Shown here: in pieces, positions 46,412 through 56,200 of the stretch
Numbering within the stretch: position 1 is the first letter of the stretch
How the letters are laid out: the number at the start of each line of letters is the position of its first letter
Assembly: GCA_965222705.1 (NCBI GenBank)
Contig: CBDCUO010000032.1
Location: forward strand, 116,308-180,307
Direction of reading: 5' to 3'
From: Saprospiraceae bacterium
GTDB taxonomy: Bacteria; Bacteroidota; Bacteroidia; Chitinophagales; Saprospiraceae
Length of the DNA stretch: 64,000 bases
Notes under the pieces: model-generated
What the model saw: the letters and a program-made list of their open reading frames with translations, nothing else
Database searches by the model: none
Told to the model about the DNA's origin: nothing
Program-made: the position numbers and the translations under genes

Positions 46412-47743
46412 ATGAATATTCGAAAAGTTTTACTTTGGTCTTTAACGGTTTCTCTGGGTGGATTTTTGTTTGGTTTTGATACTGCTGTCATTTCCGGTGC
46501 TGAACAAGCGATTCAAAATTTGTGGGATTTAAGCGAAGCGGAGATTGGAGTGACGGTGGGGGCAGCTTTATTTGGAACCATTTTCGGTGCTTTGTTTGGT
46601 GGCATTCCAACTGACCGGTTAGGCAGAAAAAACACTTTGTTTTGGATTGGGGTTTTGTATTTGGCATCTGCATTGGGTTCTGCTTTGGCACCCAATAATT
46701 TTTTGCTGATGGTTTTTAGGGTGATTGGTGGAGTAGGAGTGGGGGCTTCATCTGTGGCTGCGCCAATTTACATTTCTGAGATTGCACCTGCGAAACGAAG
46801 AGGACAATTAACGGCTTTGTTTCAATTCAATCTAGTATTTGGGATATTGATTGCCTATGTGACCAATTACTTGATCAGCGGTTATGGGGGCGAGAATGCT
46901 TGGAGGTGGATGTTGGGCATAGAAGCAATTCCAGCTTTAGCATTTGTAATAATGATGTTGAACGTCCCTAGAAGCCCGAGGTGGCTAGTGGTAAAGGAGG
47001 GGAATATTGCAGAAGCAAAATCTGTTTTACAAATGATTGATCCCAATACAGTAGAGGAATCATTGGCTGCCATAGATGCTTCAGATGTAGCAAAGGCTTC
47101 TGGATTCAAAGAGTTTATTTCTGGCAAATACAGTTTTCCGATTATTCTTGCTTTTCTTTTTGCTTTTTTCAATCAGGTATCGGGTATTAATGCCATTATT
47201 TATTACGCCCCCCGAATTTTTTCTGAGGCGGACATGGCTGAAAGCGTAGCACTGCTTTCAACTGTCGGAATTGGATTGACCAATTTAATTTTTACTATGT
47301 TGGGTCTATTTTTGATTGATCGGTCAGGTAGAAAAACATTGATGTATATTGGTTCTATCGGCTATATTATTTCCTTGATTTTTATGTCTTCTGCTTTTCT
47401 TCAAGAATCCTTTGACGGTTTGACCTTCTGGATTTTTGTCTTTATTGCTTCCCATGCCATTGGGCAAGGAGCGGTCATTTGGGTATTTATTTCGGAGATA
47501 TTTCCCAATGAAGTTAGGAGCTATGGGATGTCTTTGGGAAGTGGCACTCATTGGGTTTTTGCCTGGCTGATTGCTACGGTATTCCCCTATTTTTCAGGAA
47601 AATATGGAGGGGGAATTATTTTTGCTTTTTTCGCAATAATGATGACGGTCCAGTTATTATTCGTCTGGAAAATGATGCCGGAGACCAAAGGCGTTTCTTT
47701 GGAGGATTTACAAAAACGATTGGCACCACAGGCCGGGCGATAG
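46412..47743 (+). CDS. MFS sugar porter (sugar:H+ symporter family)
   Basis: Sugar-porter signatures are present: GRKNTLFWIG, PRSPRWLV (PESPRW-like), DRSGRK and PETKGVSLEDL. It has 12 TM helices. Confidence 0.9.
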   Translation: MNIRKVLLWSLTVSLGGFLFGFDTAVISGAEQAIQNLWDLSEAEIGVTVGAALFGTIFGALFGGIPTDRLGRKNTLFWIGVLYLASALGSALAPNNFLLMVFRVIGGVGVGASSVAAPIYISEIAPAKRRGQLTALFQFNLVFGILIAYVTNYLISGYGGENAWRWMLGIEAIPALAFVIMMLNVPRSPRWLVVKEGNIAEAKSVLQMIDPNTVEESLAAIDASDVAKASGFKEFISGKYSFPIILAFLFAFFNQVSGINAIIYYAPRIFSEADMAESVALLSTVGIGLTNLIFTMLGLFLIDRSGRKTLMYIGSIGYIISLIFMSSAFLQESFDGLTFWIFVFIASHAIGQGAVIWVFISEIFPNEVRSYGMSLGSGTHWVFAWLIATVFPYFSGKYGGGIIFAFFAIMMTVQLLFVWKMMPETKGVSLEDLQKRLAPQAGR

Positions 47744-47753
47744 ACTTTCAAGG

Positions 47754-49838
47754 TCACCTTTTGAAGGTTGTTCGAACAGTTGTGTTCCAGATTTGGTTGT
47801 AAAAATCTAGCACGAGCCGGTTGGTGGTAAGCGTTCGAATAGTGTATAAATCTCCCCCAATGTTGACTATTTCTCCTTGTAGGTTATAAGTTAGAGTGGT
47901 GTGATTATAACCGTCAAATACGGTATAGGTTCCGTTTGGATAATAGGTACAATACATATCCATATTTATGCCCAAATCACTAGCAGAAACCCCATTGGCA
48001 CTAAAGTCTTGCAAATACCAGGTGCCTTGTAATAGGTCAAATTTAGTAGGTGATGGCGTATATTTTTCTTCTTCTAAGATTTTATTATCCTCTGCTGGCA
48101 AAGTTTCCGATTCTTGATAAGCCGTTTGTGGTTCAGAGCCATCTTCTACATTATTGATGACGACCACCGTAAATAAAGCAATAACCACAAAAGCTAAACC
48201 ACCTAAAAATACTGATAAACTAGATTTTTTCTTTTTGCTTACTTTTTTAGGAACTCTCTTGGTTGTTGAAGGGCGGTATTGGCCTTCCTGTAATTTTAAC
48301 TGACAACTCTTAATCCAGTCCTCCAGTTTTTTGCTAGGGCCAAATTCTTTCGCTTTTTGAAAATACTGGATAGCTAATACATAATTTTCTTCAGCATAGG
48401 CTTTTTTCCCGTCGTTGAATAATTGGATCAGTTTATCCTTTTGCTTACAGGTTTCTAGTTTTTCTTCAATATAATTTAAATCAGGAGCAAATCCCGGCAG
48501 AAAATGCTGCATACTTTGACGATAATGCGCTGCTGCTTCTGAAAACTTACGGTGCTTAAATAGTTGCTCTGCCTGATTGATGCCTTTTTTAAATAATGCT
48601 CTTTTTTCAGTGACACTTGCTTCTTGTTGTGCTTTTTGAACTGCTAGATTTTGTTTTTCTTTGATAAAAGCTTTTTCTCGATTTTGAGCGGTTTCAAAAG
48701 CTTTTATTTGATGATTAGCTTTGTCAATATACTTTCCTTCTGGATATTTTAAAGCATATTCCAAAAAGGCAGAAAGCGTATTTTTTAAATTGGCATCTTT
48801 CCAGCATGCTTCTTCTTCCACGATGGCGAGTTGCTCAACAGCCTGCTTATAATACTTTCCGTCCTTGTAATTCCGAATATAGCTGAGGTAAGCCCCCGTA
48901 GTATGTTCATTTTGGGCAAATCGCCAAATTTCTTCTTCTTTTAAAGCATGGATTCGTTTGGCAGCTCTCCGTAAAAACTGGCCGCTGGGAAAAAGCCTGG
49001 CATAATGCTCAAAGGCAGTGACGGTATTTTTTTGTTCAGCGATTGCCCATACGTCTGCCTCATCTTGTCGGGGACGAAAAATTAATTGTCCCCCTTTATG
49101 TCCTTTCACTTTTAGAGGCTCACCCCGAGGCGTTTGGTCGGCATTAGAGATAACCGCTTCAACCACTTTATTACATAATTCGGAAACGCTTAATGGTTTG
49201 ACTGCCGTTTTTAAATGATAAATCAAGCTATCTGCAAAAGGACTATTGTTGCCTGGTTTGCCGTCTAACACCAATTCTGTTCGACCGGCAGTTAGCCCCC
49301 AGCGAGATGGGTCTTTTTCTAGGCGGTTGGTTGCTCCAATACTTTTATAGGTAGCAAATAAACTACCTGAGAAACAGGAGTCCACTACCAGGAAAGTATG
49401 TTTGGAATTAATGGCATTTAGGTTATCTCGGATATCACTATTGGAAATATAATTGTGGTAGGCTCCTTGTTCGGCATTTACTGGCACCCAAAAACCCCGA
49501 TCTCTAAGTTGATCGTATTCGCCGTGGCCGGAGAAAAAAATCACTACATTATCATTATTTGTTACGGTCTGTGCCAGTTTTAAAAAAGCCTGATCTATGT
49601 TTTTTTCGGTAGCTTCTTGATCGAATAGGGTAATGATATTTTCTGATTCAAAAGCGTATTTTTCAGATAGCACTTTTATTAATTCCTTTGCATCTTTTAC
49701 GGCATTGTACAGTTTCGGGCAATGATAATAATCATTTATTGCAATGGAAAGGAGATGGTTTTTTCCCAACGGAAGGGCTTTTTTTGTCTGTTTTTCCTTT
49801 TGGAGACTGCCGAGATGACGATAATTCTGTTCAGACAT
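47754..49838 (-). CDS. Membrane-spanning caspase-family (peptidase C14) protein: caspase, helical repeats, TM, lipocalin-like domain
   Basis: The His motif is VVIFFSGHG and the Cys motif is FLVVDSCFSGS. Three ~38-aa repeats (W..A...NT..A...Y...(F/Y)P.G.Y) and a TPR-like segment follow. There is a single TM (LSVFLGGLAFVVIALFTVVVI) and a C-terminal LLQGTWYLQDF... lipocalin-like pattern. The ATG at 49838 is preferred over the TTG at 49856. Confidence 0.8.
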   Translation of the reverse strand: MSEQNYRHLGSLQKEKQTKKALPLGKNHLLSIAINDYYHCPKLYNAVKDAKELIKVLSEKYAFESENIITLFDQEATEKNIDQAFLKLAQTVTNNDNVVIFFSGHGEYDQLRDRGFWVPVNAEQGAYHNYISNSDIRDNLNAINSKHTFLVVDSCFSGSLFATYKSIGATNRLEKDPSRWGLTAGRTELVLDGKPGNNSPFADSLIYHLKTAVKPLSVSELCNKVVEAVISNADQTPRGEPLKVKGHKGGQLIFRPRQDEADVWAIAEQKNTVTAFEHYARLFPSGQFLRRAAKRIHALKEEEIWRFAQNEHTTGAYLSYIRNYKDGKYYKQAVEQLAIVEEEACWKDANLKNTLSAFLEYALKYPEGKYIDKANHQIKAFETAQNREKAFIKEKQNLAVQKAQQEASVTEKRALFKKGINQAEQLFKHRKFSEAAAHYRQSMQHFLPGFAPDLNYIEEKLETCKQKDKLIQLFNDGKKAYAEENYVLAIQYFQKAKEFGPSKKLEDWIKSCQLKLQEGQYRPSTTKRVPKKVSKKKKSSLSVFLGGLAFVVIALFTVVVINNVEDGSEPQTAYQESETLPAEDNKILEEEKYTPSPTKFDLLQGTWYLQDFSANGVSASDLGINMDMYCTYYPNGTYTVFDGYNHTTLTYNLQGEIVNIGGDLYTIRTLTTNRLVLDFYNQIWNTTVRTTFKR

Positions 49839-50282
49839 AGCTATGTTTTTTGCCAAATTTCTAAGGTTTGGGTATCTAAATTTAATTCTTTTTTTGAAAA
49901 GATGCTTTGAAAACCAACTGCCAGCTTATTGATAAGTGTTTAAAAAGGGGGTATTGTATCCTGACTTATTCACTAGTAATTTTATAGTGAAAAAGTAAAA
50001 GCTAGAAGAAGTATAAGGCAAAATTGCTGTGATTGGTATCATATTTGATTAATAATAATGTGTTTTAGCTTTTAGACCTAAACATTTAATATTCTTACCT
50101 GTATTCATTTTAGCAACTTAATCTCGCTTACAATTCTATAATATCAATCTCCGTCGTACTACTGCTTTAGGAAAAGCCAGTAATTTCCAAAGACAAATTT
50201 TATAAAGCTCATCTTCTCTAAAATTCAGAGAAAACCCTTTGTTTTTTCAAAATTTTAAGGAGCATAACCGATTTAAGCAACT

Positions 50283-53200
50283 ATGAAACCACAAGCATTA
50301 CTAAGCAGTTTTGGCAAATTTATCTTCCTGTTTGCACTGCTGTTTAATAGTATTTCCTCCCTTCGAGCAGAAGGCTCTAAAGATTTTAGAAACTATCCAG
50401 GCTACCGTTTATTTTTTAATGCCGAGCAAGAACAACAACTAAAGGTATTTGCTGCAGAAAGTGAAGCCATCAATATTGGCACCAGTCATGTCGGTATTGC
50501 TGGAGGGTTTATTACGGTTTATCGTCCGGATGGCACGATGCATTCCATTTTTGATGGCTCAAATGGGTCGGCAATTATTAATAACGATGTGGAAGAAATA
50601 AATGGCCCAACTGGAGGAGGAACGACCTTAGGGGCTGGCTATGAGCCAGGGGTTATTACCGTAGCAAATGGAGAAACCGGCGTATGGACTGTGCGATTTG
50701 AATATCCCACGTATGCCCTTACTGCTTTTACAAACAAACTCAATAGGGATGCCTGGACTCGGGCTGACCAACCAACTGGGCAGCGGGTAGTGCTGGCCTG
50801 GGATATTACCGTAACGCAAGGAGGAGCGGGAAATGCCGGAGGTGTTCCTGTGGAAGGCAGAGTATATTCCAATGAGTACATTTCTATTCAAAATGAAAAT
50901 GGCATTACGACCTCTCCAACTTTTTATATTTTGACCAAAGATGGATATCAGTATCAAATAGATTTTAAGGAAACAGACCCTTGGGGCTTTCCCTTATTTT
51001 CTAATTCTAGTGGGTTGGTTGCTGCTGACCAACAGCCTTGCTATCAATCGGCTGCTCAATTGGACTATAAGCGTTCTGCCGATGTTTCTTCTTGGACTAC
51101 CGGAGGGAAATACCTTTATCATCCCCAAGCAGAAGATACAGAAACGATTATTAATAATAAGGTATTTTTTAATCCTCCTGATCCCAGCATGCCGGCACGG
51201 GCGCTTGTGACGGACGTACTTAGAAATAATACACATACCACCTGGCTGTATCAGGAATTAATGGAAATAAGCCCCGTTTTTGAGGAAGTATCTTTTAAGG
51301 GGGCAGTGCCGGTAAATGGGCTTTGCGAGGAAGACTTTACAGCTCAGGAAGGCCTAGGCGGTACTTTTAGTTTTAAAATAAATATCAATGGGATCGCTAA
51401 AATCTCGCTGGATTTTAATGATAATGGTCGTTTTGATGATGTGGTAGATCGCACTTTTTTTCAAAGGATAGAAGTTGGAATGAATGCTGTTTTTTGGGAC
51501 GGCAAAGACGGCGAAGGGAATATTATCCCTGCGACGGCTGATTTTCATTTAAATTATAAAATAAGTGCGAGGGGAGGGGAGGTTCATATTTTAATGTTAG
51601 ATATTGAAAACAATTATGGCGGCATTATTTTTACCCGACTAAATGGGGTGGATAGCCCTTCTAATGAATATTACTATGACCATTCTTCCGTAGGAGGTAG
51701 CGTCAGTGGTGCTGGTAGTCCGGGCATGCCAGGAGTTTCGGTTACACCTTACACTTTTAGTAGCCTTTTTGGCAATAATAAATTATTAGATTATTGGACA
51801 TATATAGAATTTAATAATTTTGAAAACGGTGGACTTGACTTGAATATTGTAGAAAATTGTAGCCGACCAATTGTGGATTCTGATGGCGACGGTATTGCTG
51901 ACTTTCAAGACCTTGACGATGATAATGATGGCATAGCGGATATGTCGGAGTATTGCAATCCCGAGGGCGGTTGGCAATGTTTATCGGGTTTTGTTGACCC
52001 AAGTGCTGATAACGATAACGACCTCATTCCCAATTATTTAGATAGCTCTGATCCCATTGTTAATAATTTTTGTGCGGATAATAATGAAGATGGCGTTTGT
52101 GATGAAGTAAGCCCCCTTTATGACATGGATCGAGATGGCGTGCCAGATCACCTGGATTTGGATTCGGATAATGATGGCATTAGCGATTTGGTAGAAGCGG
52201 GACATAACCAAAAGGATATAAATGGCGATGGTATGATTGATGGGGATGCTTCTTTTTTTGGACAGAATGGCTTGTTTAATGCTTTGGCTTCTGACCCTGA
52301 TGCTGCCACCGCAGTAGAAAATTATACTCGTTGGGATGTGGATTTTGATGGCGTTCCTGACCACGATGACTTGGATTCGGATAATGATGGGATTAATGAT
52401 GTTGCAGAAGCCAATTTTGGGGAGTCGGATACTAATTTAGATGGCCGAATAGACGATGCAGGAAATCCGCCTGTGGTTAGCAGTATGGGCTTGGTTCCAT
52501 TAATTGATCCAGCTATAACACTTAGTCCCATTCCCTTGCCCCCGGATACTGATATTGATGGCATACCAGACTGGCATGATTTGGATTCGGATAATGATGG
52601 CATCAATGATGTAGGAGAAAGCCTTCGGCCAGACGATGACGACGATGGACGGATAGGAACGGGAAAACTCATTGTCAATGCAAATGGAATTGCCATTACA
52701 GATGGTAGTGCTGCTCCGTTAAGCACAACCTCTAGGCCAGTTAATACCGATCAGGAGGGAGAAGCTGATTTTAAAGATTTGGACTCGGATGGAGATGGGA
52801 TCAATGATGTGGACGAAGCAGACCAGCCTGATTCGGATCAGGATGGAATTGCCGGTACTGGTCAGCCAATAGTCAATAGCAATGGACAAATCATAGCCGA
52901 TGGAGAGAATACCCCACTTGTCCCAATTTCCAATCCAAAAGATTCAGATAAGGACCTAAAAAGAGATTTTCAAGATGTGGATCGAGATAATGATGGCATT
53001 GCAGATGCCTATGAGTGCCCGGGAGGCTGGCCTTGTGTGGATACAGATAATGACTCACTACCAGATGTGGACGATTTGGATTCAGATAATGATAAGTTAT
53101 TGGATAGCGAAGAATGTCCTGGCGGTGCGCCTTGCCCAGATGAAAATGCCAATAATTTGGTTAATTTTTTGGAATACAATTGCAATGTACGCAATACCCC

Positions 53201-56200
53201 ACAGCCGACTAATATTTTAGGCGGCGGTAGCTTTTGCGAAGGCGTACCAGTTAAGTTAACTGCTGATGGCGATACGGCTTTTACGGAAACAATTACCTAT
53301 TTCTGGACGGGACCCAATGAGTTTATAACTAGCGGAGCGGCAGCAGCGAATGTCGCTTTCTCTCTTGACTTAATTGACACCAGAGAAGCAGCGAGTGGCA
53401 CTTATGGTTTGGTTTTGGAAACCGAAAAAGGATGCCAATCCCAGCCATTGCAAACAACGGTTAATTTAAGAGAACAGCCACTTACCCCACAGCTAAGTGC
53501 TGTCAATGAAGAGCTTTGTGCAGGGGAAACCATTCAGCTAAATACCCAAAGTTATACAGGCAATGAAGTGCTTTATGAGTGGTTTAAGTTGGCAGATGGT
53601 AGTTCTGTTGCAATAGATACGACCCCCAATGCGACCCTTTTTATTGAAAATGCTGAAGTGTTGAATACTGGGGCTTATACAGTCAAAGTGACAGTAGATG
53701 GTTGCGCTTCCAATATTTCCAATGCTGCGCAGGTACAAATACATCAATCGGTGTCGAATCCGGTTGCTTCGGCAACCGCAACGATAGAAAATCCTGTTTG
53801 CGAAGGAGCAACGGTTTCCTTATCTGTTCCTTTTCAAGCCGGAGCAAGTTACCAATGGTATGGTCCAAATGGCTTTACTTCCGACCAACCGACTCCTGCT
53901 TTTCAGGATGCTACGGCTGCTATTAGCGGGGCTTATTATGCTGTTATTACGCTGGATAATTGTTCAGCTACGACCAATGAGGTCGAAGTATTGGTCTATG
54001 CCACGCCTGCCAAACCTGAAATTTTTATAGACCAGGCAATTCAATGCCAGGGTGATGAAATTGCTTTGAAAGTAAGAGATCCCGTTAGTTTTTCTGATAG
54101 TTCCTTGGTGTTTAACTGGTACACCATTGAAGGGAATCGTTTGGTCAACACGACGAGTGAGCCAGAATTAATTTTTAATAATATTGAAAAAACTAATAGT
54201 GGAACTTACTATGTAGAAGCAATGAATGGAGCTTGTACTTCTCCTGCTTCCAATGCCGCTTTGATTGATGTTCGACCCATTGTAGAAAACTTGACAGCCA
54301 GTTCTTCCACAGCAATTAATACACCTGCTTGCGAAGGAGATTTAGTGACCTTTTCTGCATCTTTCGAGACAGGAGCTACTTATGAATGGTATGGTCCAAA
54401 TGGTTTTACTTCCGATCAGCCTAAGCCTTCTATTGAAGCAGCAAAAACGGAGCAAAGCGGAATCTATTACGTAGTGGCTACTTTAAATGGATGCTCTACC
54501 ACTAGTAATGAAGTCAATATACGGATTAATCCAAGTCCTGAAAAACCAACTATAGGCATTGATAATCAAATTCAGTGTAAAGGTGACCCTGTAAGACTAA
54601 ATATTATAAGTCCCATTAATTATCCACTAGATAGCAATTGGCGATTTATTTGGTACACTACGGCTTCTTCGGCTCCAATCAGTACTACATTAGAACCTTT
54701 TTTAGATTTGTTAAGTTTGGAGGAGGCTAATAATGGCACTTATTATGTAGAAGCGAGCAACGGAAATTGCGTGTCAGCCGCCTCGAATAGCCAGTTGATA
54801 GAGGTACAATCAGCTGTCGAAAATTTCACCATTTCCAGTTCTGCTACGGCGGACAAACCTGCCTGCGAAGGGGATTTGGTGATGTTGATTGCGCCTTTTA
54901 TACAAGGTGCAACTTATCAGTGGTATGGTCCAAATGGCTTTACCTCCAATCAGCCGCGACCTTTTGTCCCCGAAGCAACTACGGACATTAATGGCGAATA
55001 TTATGCAGTTGTTTCACTGGGAGATTGCCCGACTACTAGTAATAGGGTCGAAGTAGCGGTAAGAGCAACGCCGCCAACTCCGAATCTCGTAGTGGACAAT
55101 ATGGAGCCATGTACTGGAGAGAAAGTAACTTTAAGATTCAATACTCCTATAAACGCCCCTGAAGGCAGTGATATAAAGGTGGATTGGTATATTGTAGAGA
55201 ATAATGAATTGATAGGTACTACTGAAAACTTGGCTTTAGAGTTAGATAATTTGGAAAATATGGATGATGGCGCTTACTACGGGATTTTATCCATAGATGG
55301 CTGTTCTTCCCAACCTTCTAATATTGCAGAAATTAATACCCAGGAAGGATTGGAAGCAGCTTTTATTCAAACAAATGCCAGCATAGAAAGCCCAATTTGT
55401 GAAGGAGAGCAAGTAACTTTATCTGTTCCATTTGAATTGGATGTCACCTACGAGTGGCATGGCCCAAATGGCTTTACTGCCAATATTCCAAATCCTTCGA
55501 TTCTCAATGCCTCAGCAGCGGCAAGTGGTGCTTATTATGTGGTGAGAAAAAAAGGAAATTGTTCCAGCGTGAGCCAAGAAGTAGTTATACAAGTAAGCCC
55601 GGTCCCTGACCAGCCAGAATTAATGTTGGTAGAGGCACCCCAATGTTATAGCGGAGAGGCAGTTTTAAGAATTAACAACCCGCAAATAATTCCAAATGGC
55701 AGTGAGGCAGTTTATAATTGGTATCATGTTCAGACAAACGAACTTGTTGGGACAAGCACTCAAGCTGTTTTTGCTCTTACCAATTTGACGAAGGCAAAGA
55801 ATGGTACGTATTATGCCGTTTTAACCGTTGATGGTTGTAGTTCATCGCCCTCAAACGTTGGCCACATTTCGGTACAAGAACCAACTGAAAGCCTCATTGC
55901 TACGACTACTTCCAGTCTTACCAATCCAATATGTGAAGGAGAAACGGTTGTTTTGAACGTACCATTTATTATAGGAGCGACCTACAATTGGTTTGGCCCC
56001 AATGGTTTTGCCGCCGATATTCCAAATCCTTCGATTCCTAATGCAACAGCCGCAGCAAATGGTGATTATCATGCTATAGTGACAACGGGCATCTGTCCGA
56101 TAAGAACCAATAATGTGGAGGTATTAGTCAAGCCAATGCCAGAAAAACCAACATTGGTTGTAGATGAACCCCAAAAATGTGAAGGCGATGATGTCGCATT

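Noticed and set aside
46412-50282. The possibility that the caspase-family gene is paired with a bacterial gasdermin or another substrate gene.
   Set aside because: The neighbours are a sugar porter (convergent, 10-bp gap) and a T9SS adhesin. The 426-bp upstream spacer has no ORF resembling a gasdermin.
50628-53220. Short ORFs on both strands inside the 2316-aa adhesin gene (for example 50628..50957, 52038..52364, 52322..52726, 52975..53220).
   Set aside because: They are fully embedded in a much longer ORF with strong domain evidence. Their translations are low-complexity reflections of the D-rich repeat DNA.
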